Assembly (NCBI GenBank): GCA_951406725.2
Contig: OX597825.1
Span: forward strand, 6,572,001 to 6,636,000
Length of the DNA stretch: 64,000 nt
Direction: 5' to 3'
Source: Octopus vulgaris
Taxonomy: Eukaryota
Numbering within the stretch: the stretch's first letter is position 1; the number at the start of each line of letters is the position of its first letter. The translations under genes and the position numbers were made by a program. Positions 12,736-25,500 of this stretch are shown in pieces. The notes under the pieces were generated by a model. That model worked only from the letters and a program-made list of their open reading frames with translations. It was not told the origin of the DNA and did no database searches.

Positions 12736-13762
12736 TACCAGAGTGCCAAGGATTCTTCCCCAGTGTAAGGTGATTGCTGTTGTTGCTTGGCCTAACTCAT
12801 TGTAAAGCAAATACCACCAGAAGTGAATATCCAGACAACAGTGGAGAGGGCAAACCATTGGGTTTGATTAAAAAGAGATGATGAACAATAGCTAGAAGAA
12901 TACAGAGTGAAACTTAGTAACCAGTTCATCTTGCAAGTGGGGCTTTGTTCCAGTGAGGGGGTCGGTGCGCAATGATGCCATTGAGAGGAAGGCACTGAAA
13001 TAGAACACATCTCATAAGCTTGCTGGCATCCAGGATGCAGAACTTTCAGCTGGTGGCACTCACATCTGGAAGTTGTTTGCAAAAAATCATTCAAGAAGTA
13101 CGAGAAATAGAAATTCATTGTTATTTTACACAAAATACCTAATCAGAGAATTGAAATGTGTGAATTTTGATAAATGACAGCAGCATTAGTCAATAAAAAA
13201 AACATACCAGTCATATACAAGGGGTTATTGTGTTGACTCTACAGCAATAGTCTGTGGTTAGTAAAACAAACACAAACTGATGTAAGAAATTTCAGAAAGA
13301 TTACCATTCAAGGCAACAACATAGATTCCATCTGGCTTCTTTGATAGATAAATATTCTGATGCAGGAAGATAGAGTCAGGCAGTATCGGAACTACCATTG
13401 TTTGCTCCTCATTTATAAACTTAGAATAAACTGTTTGATAGTGATGATTGCAATTTATTGGAAGTATTAATTGTTATGTTTACGAAGAATAATTATTATA
13501 TTTATCACTACTTAATAAGAACCAAATGAAAATTATTCATTAAAATTCGTATCAAATTAACATTAAATGGTATTTAATTTTCAGCTCACTGAGAGAAATG
13601 TTAATGATACTGCAATAATGTTTGACAAATGGTTTAATTTTGACATTATATTTATTTTATTTACTACAAACAAAAAAACAAAAGAAGAAAAGTTTTAAAC
13701 TTAAACTGCTAACATGAAAATTCTTCAAAAACAATATTTAATTATTTCGGTAAGTTAACTAT

Positions 13763-13990
13763 TTAACCTTTTAGTGTTTAATCTGGCCATATCTGGGCTG
13801 AATATTCAACTTGTTTTGTGTTAAAATTGATCCTTTCCAACCTCTCACACCTACTCTACAATGTCTTTCTAAAAATATGCAAATGCATCATTGAAATCTT
13901 GATGCTACAAAATAATGTGTGATTAATTCAGAACAAGGTAAATAAATGAGCAAAACACCTGACAAAGAAAGCTGAATGCTAAAGGGTTAA
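13763..13990 (+). mobile_element. piggyBac-type MITE family P2
   Basis: TTAA-CCTTTTAG...CTAAAGGG-TTAA; homologous to 26455-27053 and 42197-42425. Confidence 0.75.
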
Positions 13991-14124
13991 ACAAAAGAAA
14001 AGAAATAAAAAGACAAAACAAAACAATAATTTTGTCTAACCCATGAAAGCATGGAGAAAGGCAGACGTTAAAACAATGACGAGGGTGATAATAATTTGCT
14101 AGAAAAACAAAACAAAACAAAACA

Positions 14125-14162
<38 letters not shown>

Positions 14163-14163
<1 letters not shown>

Positions 14164-14610
14164 TCTTTCTAATAAAGGCAAAAGGCCTGAAATTTGTTGG
14201 GAGGGAACTAGTTGATTACATCAACCCCAGTGTTTCACTGGTACTTAATTTATTGACCCCCAAAAGGATGAATGGAAAAGTCAGCATCAGTGGAATTTGA
14301 ACTCAGGTCATAAACACGGATGAAATGCCGCTAAGCATTTTGCCCAGCATGTTGATCATTCTGTCAGCTCGCCACCTTAATAATAATAATGACAATAATG
14401 GTTTCAAATTTTTGCCACAAGGGCAGCTTGGGAGAGGGGATAAAGTCAATTACATCGACCCTAGTGTGTAACTAGTACTTATTTAACTGACCCTGAAAGG
14501 ATGAAAGGCAAAGTTGAACCTTGGTGGAATTTGAACTTAGAACATAGCAACAGGTGAACTATCACTAAGCATTTTGCCCAGCGTGCTAACGATTCTGCTG
14601 CCTTGACGCC

Positions 14611-14614
<4 letters not shown>
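14163..14614 (-). mobile_element. Two tandem SINE family A copies within (AAT)n
   Basis: Units ~14163-14380 and ~14398-14614, each matching 31603-31835. Confidence 0.85.
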
Positions 14615-14660
<46 letters not shown>

Positions 14661-15249
14661 CATTGGCACTATAAAAGATGAAAGCAAATCAATGTTTTGG
14701 ATTATAAGTAGTCTGTTAAAGCTTTCATAGTTCCAGCTGAACAAATTCTCAGAGTTCTTGAATAAATGATGGACCTCATGATATTAAATGGAAAGATCAT
14801 ACTTTAGAAATATCACTCCAAGAATCAGACATTTCTTGGAATATTTTCAAACAAAGTAGAAGTGATTTATTCCAGTTATCTCTGACGATCCAGGTATTCC
14901 CTAGTGGGAAACATAAAAGACTGTCAAACCAATTATTTCAAATGGATTGTGGCTGGACATCATAGAATTTAACATCAAACACTGCCAACAAAAACCACCA
15001 CCTCACCCGTTGTGCTCATTAGAAGAAAAACAAAACAAAACAAAATAAAAATCAAAATAAATGAGACCATTAAAATAGGGAGAAGCAGAAGAAGGGGACT
15101 GCTCTTTTGGATTGTTCCTGTTTTAATTCTAATGAAAAAACTTCCAGTATTTTCTGTTATGGAAAACTTGAAAAGGTACCTTATTTGGTAATTCATCAAA
15201 AATAAAGAATCTTCTTTTATAAAAAAAAAAGATTTTAGATTCTACTCTT

Positions 15250-15284
15250 AGTGATGATGATGATGATGATAATAAATAATGATG

Positions 15285-15337
<53 letters not shown>

Positions 15338-15454
15338 TAATAACAATAATAATAATAATAATATGATAATAATAATAATAACAATAATGATAATAAATAA
15401 TAATAATATGACAATGGCACTTTTAATTTTGACTTAATAATAATAATAATAATA

Positions 15455-15495
<41 letters not shown>

Positions 15496-15511
15496 TAATA
15501 ATAATAATAAC

Positions 15512-15556
<45 letters not shown>

Positions 15557-15565
15557 ATGATAATA

Positions 15566-15596
<31 letters not shown>

Positions 15597-15610
15597 GATA
15601 ATAAATAATG

Positions 15611-15663
<53 letters not shown>

Positions 15664-15818
15664 TAATAACAATAATAATAATAATAATAATAAATGATAA
15701 TAATAATAATAATAATAATAAATAATAATAATATGACAATGGCACTCTTAATTTTGACTTAATAATAATGATAATGATAATAATAATAGTAATAATAGTA
15801 ACATAATTATAATAATGG
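15250..15818. repeat. Long (AAT)n microsatellite with an internal 325-bp duplication
   Basis: The unique motif atgacaatggcact.ttaattttgactt occurs at 15408-15435 and 15733-15760. Confidence 0.9.
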
Positions 15819-15869
15819 AAAGAACACTTGTGGTAGTTCCACATAAAATGCATCCATGCTGCTACCATG

Positions 15870-16505
15870 TCTAAAGCACTGCTATTGTATCCAGCACACC
15901 CCACAAAGTGGTCAGCTTTAGGGAGGGAACCCATGCCAAAACAAACAATTACAGCCTGGTTTTCCTGTCAAACTGTCCAACCCATGCCAGCATGTGACAC
16001 AGATTTTAAAATTGCTGACATGGCCGATGACAGTACCACCTGATTGGCACTCGTGCCAGTGGAATGTTAAAGGCACATCTGAGTGTGATTGTTGCCAGGG
16101 CCATGGATTGGCTCCCATGCTGGTGGCATGTAAAAAGCACCGTTCGACTGTGATTGTTGCCAGTGTCGCCTTACTGGCACATGTGCTGGTGGCACGTGAA
16201 AAACAACATGCGAGCGTGGTCGTTGCCAGTGTCGCCAGACTGGCTCCTGTGCAGGTAGCACGTAAAAAACACTTTTTGAGCATGATCATTGCCAGAACCA
16301 CCCTACTGGCCCTTGTGCCAGTGACACGTAAAATCACCCACTACACCCTCGGAATGGTTGGCATTAGGAAGGGCATCCAGCTGTAGAAACTTTGCCTGAT
16401 CAGACTGAGCCTGGTACAGCCTTCTGGCTCACCAGTCTTCAGTCAAACCGTCCAACCCATGCCAGCATGGAAAGCAGACATTAAACAATGATGATGATGA
16501 TGATT
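15870..16505 (+). mobile_element. SINE family D with internal ~65-bp tandem units and (GAT)n tail
   Basis: About five units containing gtgc.ggtggcacgtaaaaagcacc, then ggttggcattaggaagggcatccagctgtagaaac...ccaacccatgccagcatggaaagc...(gat)n. Confidence 0.85.
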
Positions 16506-17328
16506 GACAATCAAAAATTCATTTGAAACATTTCTTAATTCATTTTTTACAGGCAACAACGTGTAGGAAGACTACCATTAGATTCTAATGGAAGCAACAA
16601 CTTCTAATAGAGATAAATCAAACAAGTCTTAGGAAGAATTACAACTGTGATCTAATGGTGTTTTGTCATAAATAAAATTCTTTGTTTATAGCAGACAAGT
16701 TCTGTTTTTTTTTTTGTTTTCTTGTTTCTTTACACAAAATTTTTTTTATAGTGATTCACCTTGACACTGCTGCAGTTGCTACCTGAACAATGATGGTCAC
16801 TGCCACCACCGTCATCAGCACCATCACAAAACCCACTACCACGACTGTGACCAACACTTCTACTGCTACTACTACTACTACTACTACTATGGTCAATACT
16901 GCCACTGCCACCACCACTACAACCACCTGTCTGAACCTTCGAAGGAGCTTCTACATGCCGGCTCAACCTGCTAGCAACAACATTAAAATCTCCCCACCAC
17001 TAAACACCACCATCACCTACTGACAATACATCACATAGATGAGATGGCCATAGTTGGATTGCCTTTGCTCATAAATATGTCTGAACAGGGTTGATGTGAA
17101 GGTAAACAGTAACAACAATTTATATTTGATAAAAGATCTCCTTGATCAGGACTGACCAAGGGCTAAATAACAAAACTCGATCATTACCTGTTTATTAACA
17201 GGTGTGAAGCTCAAAAAGTTTGATGTGTCTACTTCATCTTAATTCATTCTTAGTTCACCAGAAGTGCAGCTTCTGTCTTCCAGTTTATCACAAATTTGGA
17301 TTAAACACACATACTTTCATATTATATA

Positions 17329-17670
17329 CTGTATTTTCCAGTATATAAGGCACACTTTTTTTCCTGAAACTCCCACCGTCCCCACCAAAAGTCTTTCTGT
17401 GCCTTATATGCCGGAGGTCAATATTTGGTTAGACACGGTTAGTGTTATTAACGATGGTGAAGGCCAGTGCTGAAATATGTTAGTGTGAGAGTAAGTATTG
17501 TAACTTAGACTACCACAATAGCTTAAGGGGGTCAGTCTAAACTTTCATGGTTCCTATATATGAAAATGTGTGAGATTTTTCAGCCTGAGGATCTGGCATT
17601 AGCTGCAGTTTCATTCTTGTAGATTAGGCCTGCTGAAATTGGAGTGTGTCTTATATGCTCGAAAACATGG
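17329..17670. mobile_element. Tc2/pogo-like MITE, decayed
   Basis: Left TA-CTGTATTTTCCAGTATATAAGGCACAC; right-end reverse complement CCATGTTTTCGAGCATATAAGACACAC. Both resemble the CCGTATTT...TAAGACGCAC TIR type. Confidence 0.65.
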
Positions 17671-17739
17671 CTTCTCTTAAGAGATGCTCACTCATGCAAC
17701 GACATTTCATTGACACAACTACTGCTACTACTACTGCTG

Positions 17740-17787
<48 letters not shown>

Positions 17788-18536
17788 GAGTGGTTACAAC
17801 ATTTAAATCTCTGAGTCCAACAGCCAGTGTTATATAAACAGTACTAAATAATATGCAAAAAAACATTAGATCTAATGTTTTATTACGTGATATTTAAGGT
17901 TGATTTAAAGTTGGTTCAACAGTCAACTTAAGAAAAGTGGCGCCAATCACATAAAAAAAAGTAAATAAATCAAAGAGTCAAAAATACCGATGTGGATAAA
18001 AGTATTGGGAGGACAGAATGGTTTCAAAAGTGTTTTGGAAATATCTCAAAAGAGAGACAAGAACTATAAAAAAAGCAGAATTGGTAGCTTGTATAGATCT
18101 CAGTATAACAATTCTTATCATCTGAAGGATCAGCAATGATTTGAGATTTGCAGGATGGTTATCAAGAATTCGTGCATGTAACATAAGTGGTTTTGGTTAT
18201 TAAATCGTTAAATCTTACACATTGTTGAATTTAGACTATATCCTTCATTTTATGGGCAGCATACAACAAGAACATATTTCTCAATAAACAGCAATGTGCT
18301 GAGTGAAATTTCTGAATTAGATAACGAGTCTGATTAGGAAATAGCTACAAGAAATGTAAAAAAGATGCTGAAAATGTTATGTGGTTCTTTAAAATGGAAT
18401 GAATTTCCTAGGATTAAATCTTCACAAAAGTTTTAAATAATATCTCTCTGTGTGTTTAGTAGAAAAACAAATACATTAGCTTCTATTTTATTAAGAAGGT
18501 TGGTCACAATGAAGTTGGTCTACAGTAGCAAAAATA

Positions 18537-18984
18537 ATGATTTCAAATTTTGGCACAAGGCCAGCAATTTTGGAGGAGGGCGATAAGTTGATCACATTGA
18601 CCCCAGTGTCCAACCGGTACTTATTTTATTGACCCTGAAAGGATGAAAGGCAAAGTCAACCTGAGCAGAATTTGAACTCAGAATGTAAGGATGGATGAAA
18701 TGCTGCCAAGCAGTTTGTCTGGCATGCTAATGATTCTACCAGCTTGCCGCCTTACAACAGCAACAATATTGCTTTCTATTCTGGGCACAAGGCCTGAAAT
18801 TTTTGGAGAGGGGGCCAGTTGATTAGATTGACCCCAGTACATAACTAGTATTTAATTTATTGATCCTGAAAGGATGAAAGGCAAAGTCGACCACTGTGGA
18901 ATTTGAACTCAGAACGTAAAGACAGACAGAACACCACTAAGCATTTCACCTGGCATTTTAATGCTTCTGCTAGCTCACCGCCTC
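18537..18984 (-). mobile_element. Two tandem SINE family A copies
   Basis: Units ~18537-18753 and ~18771-18984. Confidence 0.85.
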
Positions 18985-18996
18985 ACAGCAGCAACA

Positions 18997-19201
18997 GCCG
19001 TTCAAGAATTTGGACCTGGAGATCTCCATTTCCAGCGACTTCGAGGGCCACCTCCCAGTGGTACCAGGTGTCAACGAAGAGCCCTTGACTACAACAGGAC
19101 GACCAAAGTTTTTTTTCCCAAGGTCTGGGGTCTCCCGCCCCTAAGCCCTAGACCATCACCTGATCACCCTTACCCACCGTCTTTGTTGCTTAACAACAAC
19201 A
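18997..19201 (+). mobile_element. GC-rich 5'-truncated retroposed insert with (AAC)n tail and 12-bp TSD
   Basis: acagcagcaaca flanks it at 18985-18996 and 19202-19213; GC and CpG content far above the surroundings. Confidence 0.55.
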
Positions 19202-19340
19202 ACAGCAGCAACAATATTAAAATCCTGCTGGTACAAGTTTTCCATCTGTCTCTAAAATGGTTGGTTCCAGCATAATTTTATATCATGTAAGAGGCTACAT
19301 TTGGTCGTTCATAAACATATGGTCTTCTTTTATGATTCCA

Positions 19341-19724
19341 CTAGCAGTATCGCCCGGCGTTGCTCAGGTTTGTAAGGGAAATAACTATAAAGCATTTTTA
19401 GAGAGTTATAGCCAAAAAATAGCAAAAAAATGGAAAAAAATGATGGTAAATATTTTTTGAGAGTAAAAAAAGGTGGAGTTGCGTCCCCTAGACAGTTTGC
19501 AGTTTGTGTTTCTGATTCTTGACCCCATGTCGAATTTATCGATTTTTTTCAGAACTGGGGGAACTTTTCAAAATTTTCGCTGCGTTAGTTTTGAATTATG
19601 ACATTGGGCTATTTGTGTGTCAAGTTTCATCAGAATCGGTTGAAAGCCGTGGTCAGGGTGAGGGTACAAGCAAACAGACACACAGAAACACGCACAGACA
19701 AACTGCCGTTTATATAGAGAGAGA
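19341..19724 (-). mobile_element. Non-autonomous Helitron
   Basis: The minus strand starts TC(tctctctatataaa) and ends with a subterminal hairpin cctgagcaacgccggg followed by CTAG; inserted between A and T with no TSD. Confidence 0.85.
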
Positions 19725-22700
19725 TTTTGTATTGTGTAAAGCCATGCAGAAAAGATTGGAGCATTTTTTGCAATAACGGAATACAAAATACAAACCTAGG
19801 AAGAGAAAATGGTGCAGCAATAACTGAATTATTTTTTAAAAATTAACTTTTGCTAAATCATTAATGAAACGAAATCCTTCTGATGATAAATAGCAAACAA
19901 AAACTTGTTATTTAATGAAATATTGTTGAGACAAAATAGCAAAAAAAAAAATGGATCTTCAAGAAAAAAAGGCATTTGATGGAAATGATGCAAAAACGGA
20001 ACAATAGAAATGACAAAAGCTGCAAATGAAACACACGCATGTGTCTGTGTGTGTACATGCATGTGTGTGCGTATGTGCGTGCGTGTGTGTGTGTGTAAAG
20101 GAAGAATACATTGGCAAAAGAAGCAGAAATAAGTAGCAAGTTATCTCATGAAACAAAAGTAGACATGATTCTTTTAAACCTTGGCTTGTATTGTCGAGTC
20201 ATTTAATAAAACAGTTCTTTATATCCTCAAATCCAGCCTAAATTCCTCAACAGTTCATGCTTTTGAGATTCCACTTCCCAAACCCGAATGATATTTCTCT
20301 TTGAAAAACTGTGTATTGTTAGAAATGTTTTCTCTAGTTCCTACAGTTCACTTATAACAAAATCACATATTCCATCACCATTAATCCCCATTTTCAGTAA
20401 TCAATTTAAAAGCTTCCATGGGTTGCGTACTCAGCCACCTTGATAGCTTCATATATATAACGTTCTATTGAAGTAGGATAAATCTGAAGGGAATACATTT
20501 TCAAGGTAGGTTTAAATAATCAAATAATGTATTTGCGAAGAGTGTGAAGTGCTTACTGGAAAATTGTTAGTCTAAGGATCAGGAAAATCTAAATTCTTTT
20601 ATTTTACGTCATCTCTGATGTGATATTAAATTATTTCCTCAACATGGTTTCCTACTCCACAGAAATGTCAGAACTTCACAACTGAACAAAATATTTGCCA
20701 TTTACACAATCATTTCTGCTACCCATTAGTGTGAAGCAAAAGTTATCACTATATCTGCTAAAAGTGAAACTATTCTTCCTCTCACCGCATTAACCATTTT
20801 CTATTTCAATTAATAATTTTTATTTTGATTAATTAGGACACTGACGCATCAGACCATTTGATCTTCTTGTTTCGGTTGCCACCAATTTGTTTGGTTGAGT
20901 AAAATGTCATTCAAAAATGCTTATTGATGTCTTCTTTGTACAAGTATATTTGATAATTATGCCACTACACCACCCCGCCCACCCAACCACCACAATGAGT
21001 TAATGTTTGATTCAATGTTGATCCTCTTAATGATACCTTAATAAAACCAAATGAATTCTGTCACCAAAATTTTGTCTCAACATAAAGCATCAAGCTGAAA
21101 TTTCAGAAAACAATCAATGTTAACTAAGTATCCTTCAAAAATTCACTGATGTCCATCTTAGACTGATACCAGATGCATCTCACTCTTGAAAAATCATCAG
21201 GTTGAAACCTCCAATTCAAGGTCATTGAAACTATTGTAGTGGTTAAGTGTGTATCAGTATGGGTTAAGGTGAACAAATGTGAGAGGCATGTGGATGCCTT
21301 TGAAGTAAATAAATAAATGACATCGATTCACAGTTAAAATAATTTATTTACTGTACTTGCATTTGTCTTTGGTATACAATATTCTTCACTATATGTAATT
21401 GTTGACAACTGCTACGAGTTGCTAGTAATAGAAACAGGGCACATCTGTGGAGGTGATATGTCAGAACTGACTATGGTTTTGTGTGTGTCATTCATCTGAG
21501 AAAGCAGTCTGCCAAAGCCTTTCTTGTCTGTCCCTCTGCTGACCATTTATAATAGCCATGGCAGCTAGAAGGACAGACATACTGCAGCTGAGATTGTGCC
21601 TAAATAGGTCAGCTCCTGTCCATTTGAACTTCGCCTGACATGGCTGAGGTCGTAGGTCAAAGGGAGATGATTTATTTTTTGACAGGACAAAGAAAACCAT
21701 TTTTCGCACCTGTTGACTGCAGGGGCTTGGACAACCGAAAATCCTTAGATTCAGTTTCAAATCTAAGCTTGGAGAAGGAAGTGTTAATTTTTACAATATC
21801 TTTGAACATCATTTCAAAACCTATCAACTCATTTGTTGATTCAAACTACTTAAATAAAATAAATATATGCAAATTATAATTAATAAGAAAACAATATCTC
21901 AAAAACTAATATTGAACTTGAGTGAAAAACAGAGAGATCAACTCAGATCACAAAGAATAATACAAGAGAAATAACCAAATATTAGATAAGTCTTGAAAAC
22001 AATGAAAATAACAGAAAAGGGCCAACATAATATTGAAGCCAGAACAATGAAGCCAAAACAAGTGCAGAGAGAAAATAAGGTAATATCAAAACAAGAAATG
22101 GTAAGAAAGACCTCCATGGAAAATATAATTTGAATATCCAGACATAAAATATATACTTCTGACTCCATGTATAACAACCTGAATAATATTGACAAGTAAC
22201 ATTATAGAAAATATAACAGAAATGATACACAGAATAAGGGAAGTGACCATAACAAAGCAGTCAGTCACAATTCTGGCCAGAACAACAGGCTGACTAAATA
22301 TGCTACTAAAAGACAAAAATGGTAAAGTGTTGTTGATAATTAAAGCTACCCTAAAAAGTGAACTCAATATGAAAAGCAGGATGGATGCCATCAATATCCT
22401 GGTTATACTTGTTTGATCTAGAGCTTTGATATCATAAAGTGATCCATCAACGAGGTAAGAAAAATTGAGGTAGAAATATGGAAGTTTTTAGCAATGCACT
22501 GTGTGCATCGCCCAAAGGCAGGTGTAGACAGACTATACATCAAATAAAAGTATTGAGGATGTGGGTGGATGCAGCTGTAACTGTCCCTAAAGACAGCAAT
22601 CATAGGGGTATGTCTGAAGAACATCAATAACTGGATGCTTAAACTTGTCTGCAAATATGAAAGTACCAAAAATTGTTCTCAATATCAGAAAAAAAGCAGT

Positions 22701-22869
22701 GGAAGATATGAAGGAATTAAAGATCAATGATGAAACTAAAGGAAACAGAAGACCTCACTGTGATAGAAAACCAAGTAATGGCAAAATCCAGATCAAATGA
22801 AATCTCAGAGCTGTGAAACCAATGAAAAAGTAAAACATTGCCTGGCAAATACCATATGAGGGTCAGTAT

Positions 22870-23045
22870 TCATCATCATCATTGTTTAACATCTGCTTTC
22901 CATGCTAGCATGGGTTGGACGATTTTGACTGAGGGCTGGTGAACCAAATGGCTGCACCAGGTTCCAGTCTTAATTTGGCAGAGTTTTTACAGCTGGATGC
23001 CCTTCTTAACGCCAACCACTAGTGGGTGCTTTTTACATGCCGGTC
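22870..23045 (-). mobile_element. SINE family D fragment
   Basis: (cat)n tail, then ttccatgctagcatgggttggacg...gctggatgcccttc. Confidence 0.8.
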
Positions 23046-23251
23046 AATATTCTTGATCTCAATACAGATATGACCCATCAATGGTCAGCTGCATCTGGCC
23101 TTGAGCCAGAAACAGAGGGCTTCGTTATAGCAGCTCAGGATCAGTACCTGCCCATCACAAACTGCTCAAGCAATAATTTTTAAAAGCGGTTTTGATCCTG
23201 CCTGTCACTTTTTGTGGTGCAACCAGAGAAACTTGGTTTCATATGAATATA

Positions 23252-23640
23252 TAGGTGCAGGAGTGGCTGTGTGATAAGTAGCTTGCTTACCAACCACATG
23301 GTTCTGGGTTCAGTCCCCCTGCGAGGCACCTTCTACTATATCCTTGGGCCGACCAAAGCCTTGTGAGTGGATTTGGTAGATGGAAACTGAAAGAAGCCCA
23401 TCGTATATATGTGTTTGTGTGTGTGTGTGTGTGTATGTTTGTGTGTCTATGTCTGTCTCCCCACTATCACTTGACAACCGATGGTGGTGTGTTTGTGTCC
23501 CCGTAACTTAGCGGTTCAGAAAAAGAGACTGATAAAATAAATACTAGGTTTACAAAAAATAAGTCCTGGGTTCAGTTTGCTTGACTAAAGGTGGTGCTCC
23601 AGCATGGCCACCGTCAAATGACTGAAACAAGTAAAAGAAT
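23252..23640 (+). mobile_element. SINE family B
   Basis: Near full-length match to 6817-7205 and 29417-29818. Confidence 0.85.
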
Positions 23641-23906
23641 TAAAGAATATAAATTTCCACTTGGCCACTGTTTGCACAGTAAGTCTGGACTCCCATATGA
23701 GAAGATCTGGTTGGAACCTAAGCCTGCCAAATTGTAGAAAATATAGATATTACTGTTCTTTGAGATCTTAGTATTTAAACCAACCACATCATACAGGTCA
23801 ATAGACCAGATATTATGGTATAAATTCAGGTTGCCAAAACATGCCTGTTCATTGATATGCCAATTCCAGGAAATTGTACCACTTCTGTAAAAATCAATTG
23901 TAAAGT

Positions 23907-24071
23907 TTATCCTTTCGTTATCAACCCGGCTGAAACCAGCTCTGGCTCTGGCTACAAATGTCCTGTTTTCATACGTTTTGAATTAAAATCTTCCACCAAA
24001 CCTTAGTCACAATTTATGTTCCTAACACCAGCTTAATGATAACAAAGTTATTTTACTAAATTCTTTGTTAT
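23907..24071 (+). mobile_element. piggyBac-type MITE P1, 3'-truncated
   Basis: cctttcgttatcaacccggctgaaacc...ttactaaattctttgtta. Confidence 0.75.
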
Positions 24072-24226
24072 GGATCACCATGTCATGCACATATGGTTGT
24101 GATGCATGTGCCTGGTGTACCCTTATCAGACAAGTAGTCATGATGGGTATACTGGGCTTTGTATATTCTACCCCAGTGTCACTTTGATGGCATGCGCTGC
24201 TCTTTCACTCAATAATAATAATAATA

Positions 24227-24264
<38 letters not shown>

Positions 24265-24770
24265 AGTGGTAATAGTGGTAAAAAAAGTAAAAATGTTTAA
24301 TGGTAATTTTGACCTCATGCTCACTAATTTAAAATCTGAGTCAAATATGATGTTAGCTGACACCCATTTTCTCAAAGTTCAATACAATAAGTCAGAGACA
24401 TATACTAAGATTAGGTCACTAGTAAAAAGTGCAATAATGGAGTAAACATCTTGCTATGACACTAAAGTATTTGATTAGAGGAACCATGCATCAACACCTC
24501 TGACACCTAAACCATTATTCATTGCCAACATATGCATGAACAAGGCCAGGGAGAGAGACAGACGGGTGTACCTATGTATATTCACATATACATACATACT
24601 TACACACACACACACATACATAAATGTTGAACAATGAGAATGAGTGCTCAATACCGCATTGGTGGATAACCAACGTAAACAGAAAACTGGTGGAGAAATA
24701 CTCATCATAACTCTTGGGATATATTAACTGGAAGCCAGAGAATAATATTGGCAGCACTAAAAGACTCTCC

Positions 24771-24997
24771 TTAACCCTTTCTTTACTGTATTTCTGTTGA
24801 GATACTTTGTTTCTTTCAATTAATTTTAAATATAACTAAGAAATTAGTAAAATAACTTAGTTATCATTCAGCTAGTGTTAGGAACATAAATTGTGACTAA
24901 GGTTTGGTGGAAGATTTTAATTCAAAACTTATAAAAACAAGACATTTGTATTACAGAGCCAGAGGTGGTCTCAGCCAGTTTGGTATCAAAAGAGTAA
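24771..24997 (-). mobile_element. piggyBac-type MITE P1
   Basis: TTAA-CCCTTTC start; reverse complement of 3802-4031. Confidence 0.8.
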
Positions 24998-25055
24998 GGC
25001 AGTAGTTTGGCAGAAGTATTTGAACTTCTTGTAGCAAGCTTTACAACAGTCGATA

Positions 25056-25500
25056 AAGCAGCCAGCTGGCAGAATGGTTAGCATGCTGAGAGAAATGCTT
25101 AGTGGCATTCTGTCCATGTTTATGTTCTGAGTTCAAATTCTGCTGAGGTCGACTTTGCAATTCATCCTTTTGGTCTCAATAAAATAAATACCAGTTTCGT
25201 ACAGGAGTCAATGCAATAGTCTTATCCCCTCCCCCAAAACTGCTGGCCTTGTGCCCAAATTTGAAATCAAACACACCCCTGCTGGTGGCACATGAAAGGC
25301 ACTCAGCACACTCTACGAAGTGGTGGGCATTAGGAAAGGCATCCAGCCAAAGAAACCAAGCCTCAGCAGACAGTTGGAGTCTGGACAGTTCCCTGCTAGC
25401 CAGCTCTATGCCAAGCCGTCCAACCCATGCCAGCATGGAAGATGGACATTAGAAAATGATGCTGATGATGATGATGATGATGACAATGATGAAGATGAAT
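25056..25500 (+). mobile_element. SINE family A followed directly by the 3' part of SINE family D
   Basis: Family A at 25056-25270; family D at 25275-25500 with a (GAT)n tail. Confidence 0.8.

Larger units (their letters stand above)
21900..23900 (+). mobile_element. Decayed R4/Dong-type non-LTR retrotransposon (3' half), interrupted by SINEs
   Basis: Fragments HRPKAGVDRLYI (~22505), EGFVIAAQDQYL (~23112) and NRPDIMV..CLFIDM.IP (~23800, RLE domain). Confidence 0.7.

Noticed and set aside
15235-15934. 145-166 aa poly-I/L/Y ORFs
   Set aside because: (AAT)n repeat artefacts.
16040-16345. CRISPR-like regularly spaced repeats
   Set aside because: The spacers are homologous to each other, the array lies inside a eukaryotic SINE, and there are no cas genes.
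17930-18520. Possible L1/Tx1 RT remnant
   Set aside because: Motif similarity too degraded to support as a feature.
20180-21300. Possible decayed DNA transposase on the minus strand
   Set aside because: Coding-like texture, but no motif I could assign with confidence.
21490-21760. HDV-like ribozyme upstream of the R4/Dong remnant
   Set aside because: Could not build the nested double pseudoknot by eye; needs an RNAMotif search.
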